Assembly (NCBI GenBank): GCA_041946865.1
Contig: JBHGBF010000015.1
Span: 1,371-65,370 of the forward strand
Direction: 5' to 3'
DNA: 64,000 bases
DNA from: Acidobacteriota bacterium
GTDB taxonomy: Bacteria > Acidobacteriota > UBA6911 > RPQK01
Under the pieces are notes generated by a model, which did no database searches, was not told the DNA's origin, and saw nothing but the letters and a program-made list of their open reading frames with translations. Positions 46,150 through 54,242 of this stretch are shown piece by piece. The position numbers and the translations under genes are program-made. Positions within the stretch are counted from its first letter, which is position 1. Each line of letters starts with the position of its first letter.

Positions 46150-48504
46150 TCACTGGAGCTTGACTGTCTTCGTCTTCCCGTTCCAGGCTACCGTTTTGCC
46201 GTTCACACTGACCGAGGCCAGACCGGGGACCGGCGGGACATGGAGGATCACACTCGCCGGCGCCTGGCGGAACTTGGGCGTCCAGTTCAGCTTGAGGACC
46301 TTGCCACTCGGGTCTAGTCCGGCGACGAGCATAACCGGGCCGTATTCGGTCGGCATGTTTTCAAACCTTGCCTCCCGTTCCGATGTCAGCCACGCGAGGG
46401 GGACGAGCCGGAGCAGGTGGAGCTCGTTTTCGCTGATCTGGTCGTCGATGACCGCGTTACGCGCCAGGAGTATGGTCGGCAGCCAGTGAGTGGCCGCCAT
46501 GACTCCACCGCGGGTCTCGCAGACGGAGAACGTCTGGCGGGAGTATGCGCCGGCCAGTAGCGAGTACATCCCCTCCAGGTACCGCTCCCGGTCGCCGAGC
46601 TGCCAGGAGTGGAAGATGTTCCAGCTGTAGCAAGGTTCGCAGCTCGACATTTCATAGTAAAGCGTCGGCACCTGCCAGCAGTCGGATTCCGGCCTGAACA
46701 TCCGGGCGGGCGGACCTTCGCGGAACCAGGCGAGGGAGGAGGCCATGAGGTCGTCGGTCGCCGCAAAAAGCCCGGCGAAGACGAGGAACATCGGCCCGGT
46801 GTCCAGGTGGAATCCGTGCCTGAGCTGCCAGTCGGTCATCCCCTGCATGCCGGAAGGTACCTGATAATGGGCCTGACCCCGGCTGTCCTTCCACATCGGC
46901 ATCGTCAGCGTCTTCTCCCGCAGAGCCTTCTGGAAAACCACCTTGTACTCGGCCGCATCGCGCTCGAACTCCGCCGCTCTTGGGTGTCCCGTCATCTTCA
47001 GCAGGCGAATTGCCGCCGCGTAGCCTCGATAGACCCAGCCGTCATTCCAGATTCCCTGAAGGGCAACCTTCTGGTCCGTCGCCACCGCCGGCGGCATGAC
47101 CCCCTGGACCCCAGGGTGATCCTTGGAGCTCCGGAAGTCCTTGACGAATTCGCAGGCCTTGAGGATCGTCGGAAGGTACTCGTTCCTGAACGCAGGGTCT
47201 CGCGTCAGCAGCGCGTGTTCAGAGATCACCCAAAGCAGGGCCCCGTGATCGCTCAGCCAGTCGATCGAGGTGAGGGTCTTCGGGCTGCTCAGGTAGCCTG
47301 GGTGAAGCTTGTAGCTCGGACCCGGCGCCACGATCGTCCCCTGGCGATCCTTGAACACCTTCAGGTACTTTTCCAGCGTGCGGTGATGCCCTAAGAGATC
47401 CAGCGAGGCCATGGTCATCGCGGTGGGCGTGGGCCAGAGGCCGTGTCCGTAGACCCAACCGCCGGTCAGCAGCGAGTAGTCGCCCGTATTCGGATCGCGC
47501 TCGGCGATGACTTCGGTGAACTGCAGGTTTCGTTTGAAAGCTTCGGTAATGTAACCCTCGGGCACGTCGAAGTTCGCTGCCGTCGGCAGGCTGTTGGACC
47601 AGTAACGGTTGGCTTCGGCCAGGGCGCCTTCGAACCCGAGGCTCATCTCGGGCTGCAGTATCGAATCCGGGACCGGCAGGAACGGAAGCAACAGGTCCAC
47701 GCGCGTGCCGACCGCGCTGCTCATCATCACGTAAAGCGTGAAATCGCCATCGGCCGGAAACTTTTCGACGGCGCTCACTTCACAGTTCTGGTTCGGGAGG
47801 ATGACGAGCCGGTTCGTGTCTCCGCGGTCAAGGACGGTAAACCCTTTCGCCGGGTCGTACTTGTCTGGCGTCACTCTCAGCGCGCCCTTGTATTGGCTTT
47901 CTACGGTCTTGACTCCGAGCAGGGTCTTCTTCGACATGGACGAGGGGACCATGTACGGGTTGTTGATCTTGACCGCGAACCCCACCTTGTCCCGCAGGGG
48001 AAGACCTTCCGCGCGATCCGCAATGGAAAGGCGCACCCAGGCGAACAGCGGCTCTTCGCCCGTCTTGATATCCGCGCCTCCCGGAACGTGCGCGAACACC
48101 TCTTCACGGAAGATGAACCCATCTCGTGCCCAATCGCTGCGCAAAACTGGCGCGGTAGACGGTCCCCAGCTTTGAATCACCAGGTTATCGTCCGGCCCGG
48201 CGGCCAGAAACCACTTGTCTTTGACCTCGACCGCCGGGACCACAAACACCTGCACCGGCGGGAAGCCCTGCGAACGGTCTTTGTGTCGGGACATGACCGC
48301 CGAAATCGTCCCGTCAAACCAGACGTTGAAGCGGTAGATGTGGTCCTTCCAGCCTACCGCAGTCCAGATGTTCTCCATGTCCCGCCACCAGGAGGTCGCG
48401 GTCTGAAGGTTCGGTTCCTGCCCGACGCCGGCCAGGCAGAGGGCACAGACCTGGATTGCGAGCAGGACGAAGGCTGCCGTTCTCGAAGACATCCTCGGTT
48501 TCAT
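46150..48504 (-). CDS. hypothetical secreted protein (possibly six-hairpin glycosidase-like)
   Basis: Signal peptide MKPRMSSRTAAFVLLAIQVCALCLAG, with ATG 48504 preceded by GAGGAG. It is about 785 aa with a beta-rich N-terminus and a helix-rich centre (GGWVYGHGLWPTPTAMTMASLDLLGHH...). The fold guess is weak. Confidence 0.5.
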   Translation of the reverse strand: MKPRMSSRTAAFVLLAIQVCALCLAGVGQEPNLQTATSWWRDMENIWTAVGWKDHIYRFNVWFDGTISAVMSRHKDRSQGFPPVQVFVVPAVEVKDKWFLAAGPDDNLVIQSWGPSTAPVLRSDWARDGFIFREEVFAHVPGGADIKTGEEPLFAWVRLSIADRAEGLPLRDKVGFAVKINNPYMVPSSMSKKTLLGVKTVESQYKGALRVTPDKYDPAKGFTVLDRGDTNRLVILPNQNCEVSAVEKFPADGDFTLYVMMSSAVGTRVDLLLPFLPVPDSILQPEMSLGFEGALAEANRYWSNSLPTAANFDVPEGYITEAFKRNLQFTEVIAERDPNTGDYSLLTGGWVYGHGLWPTPTAMTMASLDLLGHHRTLEKYLKVFKDRQGTIVAPGPSYKLHPGYLSSPKTLTSIDWLSDHGALLWVISEHALLTRDPAFRNEYLPTILKACEFVKDFRSSKDHPGVQGVMPPAVATDQKVALQGIWNDGWVYRGYAAAIRLLKMTGHPRAAEFERDAAEYKVVFQKALREKTLTMPMWKDSRGQAHYQVPSGMQGMTDWQLRHGFHLDTGPMFLVFAGLFAATDDLMASSLAWFREGPPARMFRPESDCWQVPTLYYEMSSCEPCYSWNIFHSWQLGDRERYLEGMYSLLAGAYSRQTFSVCETRGGVMAATHWLPTILLARNAVIDDQISENELHLLRLVPLAWLTSEREARFENMPTEYGPVMLVAGLDPSGKVLKLNWTPKFRQAPASVILHVPPVPGLASVSVNGKTVAWNGKTKTVKLQ

Positions 48505-48570
48505 GACTTGGCTCCTCAGGCAAAGGCGATCGAAACTCGCCAGCGTCACGTTAGTCCAAGCCGGGTATCG

Positions 48571-48611
48571 AACGCTTTTCGTCCTTTTCGAAAAGCCTTT
48601 GCGTATTTTGG
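48571..48611. promoter_or_regulatory. conserved block (copy 2) in a divergent promoter region
   Basis: AACGCTTTTCGTCCTTTTCGAAAAGCCTTTGCGTATTTTGG contains the perfect 12-bp palindrome CTTTTCGAAAAG (48584-48595). It lies 67-107 nt upstream of ATG 48504 (minus strand) and 106-146 nt upstream of ATG 48717 (plus strand). More GCAAAG/CAAAAGC-like half-sites follow at 48628-48668. Confidence 0.5.
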
Positions 48612-48716
48612 GGACCCGCAAGAGATTCCAAAAAAGCGCAAAGAGGATTCAAAAGCCGGGCAAAGCGGGGGGCCGATCGATTGACTACCTTGGAGACGTC
48701 GAGGGGGAATGCCAAT

Positions 48717-49928
48717 ATGAGTCAGGATTATCATCTGATCGACCTCAATTACGGAGCACGGCAGCTGCGGAAACTGGGAGATCTGGAGCTGAAGTACCTT
48801 GCGGAAGTCATGCAAGGGGAAACGCTCAGCAACTACATCAGCGAGCAGAGCATGACACGCCGCTTCGAGGACGCCTTTGCCAAGAAGGTCGGCTCACGCA
48901 AGGCGATGGCCAAAAACGCGGCCATGTCAGGTCTTTGCGAGGCCGTGAGCGTTTCGGGCGCGGGGCCCGGGTTCGAGGTCCTCTGCGACCCGATCGTGCA
49001 CTTCGGCGGACTGGCCAGCACCTTCTTCAACGCGGTCCCGCGTTTCGTCGACGTCAAGCGTGACACTTACAACATGGATCCCGAGTCCCTTCTGGCCAAC
49101 ATAACTCCGCTAAGCAGGGCGGTGATCGTGACCCATCTGTGGGGACAGAGCGCCGAAATCGACACGATTGCCGAGATCTGCCGGGAGAAGGGATTGTTCC
49201 TGATCGAGGACTGTGCCCACGGGATCAACGCGCGCTGGAATGGCCAGCACGTCGGCACCTTCGGTGACCTCGGCGTGTTCAGCTTCCAGGAATTCAAGCA
49301 ACTCTCGACCGACGACGGCGGCATGACCGTGACGAACGACGAGGCGCTTTTCGACAAGATGCGAACGGCCTGGTGGTTCTCGGGCGAGTCGCCACGCTTC
49401 GTCTACATCAATTACCGGATGAACGAGGTTACTGCCGCCGTAGGCTTGGCGCAGCTTGAGAAGGTCGATGACATCGTGGGTTCGTACAACCAGACCCTGG
49501 CGATCCTGAACGAGGCGATCTCGGGGTGCGAGTGGCTGAAGCCCCGAACGGTTCTGCCGCAGGCGGAGATGGCTGGTTACTGGTGGAGCTGCACCTGGGA
49601 GGGGGACAAGCACGGCCTGTCTTACGACAAGTTCAAGCAGCTGGACCAGGAGCTGAAAATCGGACTGCGCTTCGGGTTCAACCACTTCCCGGCACAGGAG
49701 TTTCCGTTCTTCCGCGATTCGACCGCTTACCGCACACACCCCGATTGCCCGGTGCGCTGTCCGCTCTGCACCGCGAAGAGCAACTATCGGTATACCTGGG
49801 ACCTGACCCCTGTATGCCAGGATCTGATGCCGCGCCTCGTGACCGTGAACCTGATCTTTCTGTCCATTCCAGCGGCCCAACAGATGGCGGAACGCATCCG
49901 CGCCGCCATCCGCAAGATGGAGAATTGA
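48717..49928 (+). CDS. DegT/DnrJ/EryC1/StrS-family aminotransferase
   Basis: Motifs are FEDAFAKKVGSRKAMAKNAAMSGL, CDPIVHFGG and FSFQEFKQLSTDDGGMTVTND (PLP lysine). The start is placed at ATG 48717, preceded by GAGGGGG. Confidence 0.8.
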   Translation: MSQDYHLIDLNYGARQLRKLGDLELKYLAEVMQGETLSNYISEQSMTRRFEDAFAKKVGSRKAMAKNAAMSGLCEAVSVSGAGPGFEVLCDPIVHFGGLASTFFNAVPRFVDVKRDTYNMDPESLLANITPLSRAVIVTHLWGQSAEIDTIAEICREKGLFLIEDCAHGINARWNGQHVGTFGDLGVFSFQEFKQLSTDDGGMTVTNDEALFDKMRTAWWFSGESPRFVYINYRMNEVTAAVGLAQLEKVDDIVGSYNQTLAILNEAISGCEWLKPRTVLPQAEMAGYWWSCTWEGDKHGLSYDKFKQLDQELKIGLRFGFNHFPAQEFPFFRDSTAYRTHPDCPVRCPLCTAKSNYRYTWDLTPVCQDLMPRLVTVNLIFLSIPAAQQMAERIRAAIRKMEN

Positions 49929-49933
49929 GCAGC

Positions 49934-52531
49934 GTGACGGAAGGAGAGAGCCACAGACTCGATGGGAGTGACAGGCCTGCCTTGAACCGGCGGGAATTTG
50001 TCGCGACGGCCGTGGCAGTGCCGGCAGCATTCGTTTTCCAGCCAGGCGAGGCTGACCGGACCCCGAATGTGGAGTGCCTTCTTTACCCGGCGCTCCCCGA
50101 CGGCGTGGCCTCCCTGGCGAAAAGCCCTTGGACGGCGAAACTCGGGGCCGAGGAGGCCGTTCTGGAGAATGCCTTCGCACGTTTCCGCATTGCCCTGGCT
50201 TCGGGCCTGTTGCTGTCGGTCCTCAACAAGATCACCGGCGAGGAGTTCGCCTTTTCGGACGAGCTGGGTCTCGATATGCGCGACGCCCAAGGGGGAGTCA
50301 GCCATTTCCCGCCGGATGGTCCGGCTCTCGCCCTCCGGCCGGCTCATGAAGCCAGCGACAGCGGAGGCATCCAGCTGACGTTGACGGGCGCCATTGGAGA
50401 CGGCGTCGTCCGAGTCTCCTACCGGGGCGCCCCCGGCGCGTTCTGGCTCGAGCGGCGCTTGGTCCTCGAGCCCGGGGTGAGGGGCGTTCGGCTCGAACGC
50501 GTGCTGTACGGGCGCTTTTCCGCCTCGCCGGGGCAGACGAAGGTCCTCGAGCTCGGGAAATTCGACCGCCCCCGACTGCTGTCCGGCGCCAAGGGAGGGG
50601 TGTTCGGCGGCGTCGGCTGGTGGTTCTACCAGACGAGTGCGGACGGAACCTACGAAAACCGGGAGATGGGCCTCGCCGTCAACGAGCGATTTGAATCGGA
50701 GCCGTGGTACGTAGGGGTCTTCAGACGGGAAGAGGGAGAACCGTATCCAGGCTGGCTCTGGTACCGGTCGTTCCTGCAGCTGCAGAAGTCCGCCGAGGAC
50801 CGCCAGGAGACATGGTGCTACTGGAATGCCGGTTGGGGACAGTGGGGCATTGATGTCGACGATCCGAGCGCGGAGAAATACATCGACCTCGCGCGCCGGC
50901 TCGGGATCAGCTCGATCGCCTTTGGGAGCGGGGGATCGGGAAAAGGTGTCCCGGCTTACGTCGAGTTGATGAAGGTTTCGGAGGCTGCGAAGGCGAATGC
51001 CGCTTCGCTCAAGCGAGCGAACATCGAGTTCGGATTTCTCGAGCACGGCGGCCTGGGGGAGAGGTGGCAGGATGACAAAGTCGTGGAGGAGAAGCTCAAG
51101 GTGCTGGAGGAATACGCCGCCCTGGGCATCCGAGCCATGCACTTCGACTTTTTCAGCACGGCCGACAGCTATCGCGCTCATCGGAACGTGGAGCGCTACT
51201 TTCGGACCAGCCGCCGACTGCTCGACTACACAGAGTGTCACCTGGGGATGGCTACGTACGGCCCCCAGTTCCAACGGCTGGTGCTGCTGAACCACCCGAC
51301 CGACCTGCACGGCTTCAACATTGCTCATTTCTCCTCGGACTGGGCCACGTTCCTGGGTTTCCGGGAAAGCCGGCGGGAATGGCAGAAGCGGTACGATTAC
51401 CTGATGCCCGAATACGGGCTCTACTACTACCTGACCCACTACTCGAATTGGGGCCACCCCCGGCTCTACCGGGATCCCGAGTCGCAGCAGTTCCTGTACG
51501 GTCCGCACGCGTATTGCGGCATCGCCTACAACTTCCACGATTTCTTCGGTTTCCAGATGTCGATCGCCGCAGCCTCGGCCTTCACTTTGTTCTTCGTGCT
51601 CGGGCACCTCGAACTGACCATGCCCGAGCCCGAGCTGGCTTTCGCCCGAGAATACCTCCAGTGGACGAAGAAGAATGCCTGGGTCCTGCGCCGTAGCCGG
51701 GTCTGTATGGAGTCCGATGACTTCGCGGTGGTAAGCAAGGTCCAGGACGGGAATGGACCGGTCTTCCTCGTGAACTACGGGCCAGGGGCCAGGCGCGTGC
51801 GGATTGGGCTCGAGAACATTCAGACTCCGAAGAGCATCCGGCTCGTTTTCCCCGAGCGCCGGCTGCTGTCCCTCTCCTCGCGGAAGCTGGAACTGACGGT
51901 ACCGGGTGGGAGTGTGGCTATCCTCGACCTGAACGACAGCCTAACCGGCCCCCCACCGGCAGCCTCTCCCGGCGCCGCCATCGAACCTTCGGCAGTCCGC
52001 CGCCGGGACGCCTCCGTGGAGGTCCGCTTCGATGTGCCGAGGCTGGACCGCGGCGCGTCCAGACAGGCTCTGCCTGCCCGGCTTCTAAGCCTCGACGATC
52101 TCGGGCTTTCGGCCTCCGGCATTCTCAGCGAAGAGGAAGAGAAGCAGGCGGGTGCGACCGTGAAGTGGATCGGCCGAGGCCGGTTACCAGCCCGGTTCAG
52201 GGAGGTCTTTGGATTCGATCGAGGGACCGCGCCGACCGAAAGGTTTGTTCCGTGGGCGTTTGCGGACCGGCTCTGGCTGGTTTATCGTCCCCCGGTCCCA
52301 ATCCCCTTCGCTGCGACTGTCCCGAAGCTGGTAGTAAACGGCAGGGGCGGCCAGTTCTTCCCGCGGGTTGACTACCGCCCCAAACAGGAGGCCGACTGGT
52401 CGTGCCCACTGTTCTTTGCCGACGTGACGCAGTTAGTGAAAGCAGGGATACCAAACATTGTACGAATCTCGGGTATCAAGGACGAGGGCGGCTTTATCGC
52501 CCTGATGACAAGGCGGAAAGCTAACCGCTGA
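49934..52531 (+). CDS. hypothetical Tat-exported protein (~865 aa)
   Basis: A GTG start 6 nt after the DegT stop gives VTEGESHRLDGSDRPALNRREFVATAVAVPAAFV, a Tat-like signal. The protein is large with no recognised motifs. The long antisense ORFs 49110..50180 and 49784..51607 were rejected. Confidence 0.5.
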   Translation: MTEGESHRLDGSDRPALNRREFVATAVAVPAAFVFQPGEADRTPNVECLLYPALPDGVASLAKSPWTAKLGAEEAVLENAFARFRIALASGLLLSVLNKITGEEFAFSDELGLDMRDAQGGVSHFPPDGPALALRPAHEASDSGGIQLTLTGAIGDGVVRVSYRGAPGAFWLERRLVLEPGVRGVRLERVLYGRFSASPGQTKVLELGKFDRPRLLSGAKGGVFGGVGWWFYQTSADGTYENREMGLAVNERFESEPWYVGVFRREEGEPYPGWLWYRSFLQLQKSAEDRQETWCYWNAGWGQWGIDVDDPSAEKYIDLARRLGISSIAFGSGGSGKGVPAYVELMKVSEAAKANAASLKRANIEFGFLEHGGLGERWQDDKVVEEKLKVLEEYAALGIRAMHFDFFSTADSYRAHRNVERYFRTSRRLLDYTECHLGMATYGPQFQRLVLLNHPTDLHGFNIAHFSSDWATFLGFRESRREWQKRYDYLMPEYGLYYYLTHYSNWGHPRLYRDPESQQFLYGPHAYCGIAYNFHDFFGFQMSIAAASAFTLFFVLGHLELTMPEPELAFAREYLQWTKKNAWVLRRSRVCMESDDFAVVSKVQDGNGPVFLVNYGPGARRVRIGLENIQTPKSIRLVFPERRLLSLSSRKLELTVPGGSVAILDLNDSLTGPPPAASPGAAIEPSAVRRRDASVEVRFDVPRLDRGASRQALPARLLSLDDLGLSASGILSEEEEKQAGATVKWIGRGRLPARFREVFGFDRGTAPTERFVPWAFADRLWLVYRPPVPIPFAATVPKLVVNGRGGQFFPRVDYRPKQEADWSCPLFFADVTQLVKAGIPNIVRISGIKDEGGFIALMTRRKANR

Positions 52532-52564
52532 CCGCCGACAGCTGCTTGAAAGGGGACAGACACT

Positions 52565-53275
52565 ATGAAGATCCTCGCGATTGGGGCGCATCCGGATGAC
52601 ATAGAAATCAATTGCGCCGGCACTTTAGCGCGCTTTGCCGAGGAGGGCCACGAGGTCACGATCGCGGTTTTTACGTCGGGGAATATGGGTGACCTGGAGG
52701 TACCGCCGGAGCAGTTGGCGGCCACCCGCAAGAAGGAAGCCCAGTCGTCGGCTTCCATCATCGGCGCCAAACTGCTCTGGCCGGCAATCACCGACGAGTG
52801 CGTGTTCCCGGACGCCGAGCAGCGGTCGATCATGATCGACCTGCTGCGGGAAGCCGATCCGGACCTGATCATCACGCACAGTCCAAACGATTACCACCCG
52901 GACCACTGTTACGTGTCGCAGCTGGTGTTCGACTCCTACTTCCAGAAGGGACTGCCGCACATCCCTAACCAGAAACAGCCGGCGTGCCGCTTCGGTCAGG
53001 CGCAGATCTACCACATGGACAATCTGGGCGGCATCAACTTCCTGCCGGCGGAGTACGTGGACATCACCAGCGTTTTCGAAATCAAGAAACAGATGCTGAA
53101 TTGCCACCAGAGCCAGGTCAAGCCGATGAAGGAACTGGCGAAAACGGATATGCTCGAGATGATCGAGGTCCAGGGGCGATTCCGGGGATTCGCGGCGGGG
53201 TGTCAAATCGCCGAAGGTTTTCGCCGGGTCGAGGCGTATCAAAGGGGGCTGAGCCGCAGGATCCTGCCGTCCTGA
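52565..53275 (+). CDS. PIG-L/LmbE-family N-acetylglucosaminyl deacetylase
   Basis: MKILAIGAHPDDIEINCAGTLARF carries the AHPDD motif, and HPDH occurs later. Size is typical at 236 aa. Confidence 0.85.
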   Translation: MKILAIGAHPDDIEINCAGTLARFAEEGHEVTIAVFTSGNMGDLEVPPEQLAATRKKEAQSSASIIGAKLLWPAITDECVFPDAEQRSIMIDLLREADPDLIITHSPNDYHPDHCYVSQLVFDSYFQKGLPHIPNQKQPACRFGQAQIYHMDNLGGINFLPAEYVDITSVFEIKKQMLNCHQSQVKPMKELAKTDMLEMIEVQGRFRGFAAGCQIAEGFRRVEAYQRGLSRRILPS

Positions 53276-53295
53276 GTGTCGACGAGGAGGTGTGA

Positions 53296-53778
53296 GTGGG
53301 TTATCTATTCGCAGTTCTGGCCATGCTCAGTTTTGGGCTGCTGGGGATTCTGGCCAAGGTCTCCGATCGGTACAACTGCCCTCCGCTGGCCACGGCTCTG
53401 TGCCTTTTTGGAGGTTCGACCTTGATGACCGGGCTGTCCGTGGCCTTCTTCAAAGGCGGCGAATTCGGGGCGCCGGGGTTTGTGGTGGGAATCGCCCTCG
53501 CTTTCGGGGTTGTCACGGTTCTGTCGTCCTGGCTTTTCCTTTACGCGCTAAAGTTCGGAAAAATAACAACCAGCTGGGTGATCCTGAACCTCTCCGCTGC
53601 CGTTCCCGCCATCGGGTCGATCGTGATCTACGGGGAGCCGCTCAGTGTCAGGAAGATGCCCCTGCTGCTGCTGGTTGCCGCCTCGATCCTGCTCCTTTGG
53701 AAGGACATGGTCGAGGAGCGCCGGAAATCCGAGCGGGCTGAGTCGGGCAAGCAGGCTGTTTCGGCGGAGGTGCAGTGA
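53296..53778 (+). CDS. half-size DMT/EamA-like membrane protein
   Basis: 160 aa with 4-5 TM segments. GTG start preceded by GAGGAGG. It ends with an ATGA overlap onto the next half-size gene. Confidence 0.6.
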   Translation: MGYLFAVLAMLSFGLLGILAKVSDRYNCPPLATALCLFGGSTLMTGLSVAFFKGGEFGAPGFVVGIALAFGVVTVLSSWLFLYALKFGKITTSWVILNLSAAVPAIGSIVIYGEPLSVRKMPLLLLVAASILLLWKDMVEERRKSERAESGKQAVSAEVQ

Positions 53779-54200
53779 TGTGGCTCAGAGCGATTCTGCT
53801 GGCTTTTCTCCTGAACGGCCTTTCGCCTTTTGGCCTGCGGATTCTCGCTGCCAACGGACTGGGGACGGAGTACACGACCGTCTACCTGTTCTACTGGTAC
53901 CTGGCCGGCCTGGTCTTTGCGCTCTTCTGGATCGTGGCGCGCCGTCAAAAGGTGACCCTTGCCGCGGTGCTTGTCGGATTCGGAATGGCGGCTTCGAGCG
54001 TGGCCGGGCAATATTCGATGGGGATGGCGCTCAATCGGGGCATTCCGGGGAACATCGTCTTCACCCTGGCCATGGGTTGCAGCATCTGTGTCGTCGCGGC
54101 AGCAGGCCTGTTCTTCTTTGGCGAAAAGGTCGGCCCGTACGGGAAGGCGGGAATTGCGCTTGGCCTGGTCGCTGCGGTGCTGCTGAGCGTGTGGGGGTGA
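53775..54200 (+). CDS. half-size DMT/EamA-like membrane protein (partner)
   Basis: 141 aa with 4 TM segments. It is translationally coupled (ATGA) to 53296..53778. The pair layout resembles heterodimeric small DMT transporters such as ArnE/ArnF. Confidence 0.6.
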   Translation: MMWLRAILLAFLLNGLSPFGLRILAANGLGTEYTTVYLFYWYLAGLVFALFWIVARRQKVTLAAVLVGFGMAASSVAGQYSMGMALNRGIPGNIVFTLAMGCSICVVAAAGLFFFGEKVGPYGKAGIALGLVAAVLLSVWG

Positions 54201-54242
54201 CAGCGCCCCGGAAAACTGACTGCTCCCTGCACGAGGAGGTTT

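Noticed and set aside
49110-51607. Long minus-strand ORFs 49110..50180 (356 aa) and 49784..51607 (607 aa)
   Set aside because: They overlap the DegT gene and the Tat-signal protein on the opposite strand. They are Arg/Pro/Gly-rich and carry no motifs.
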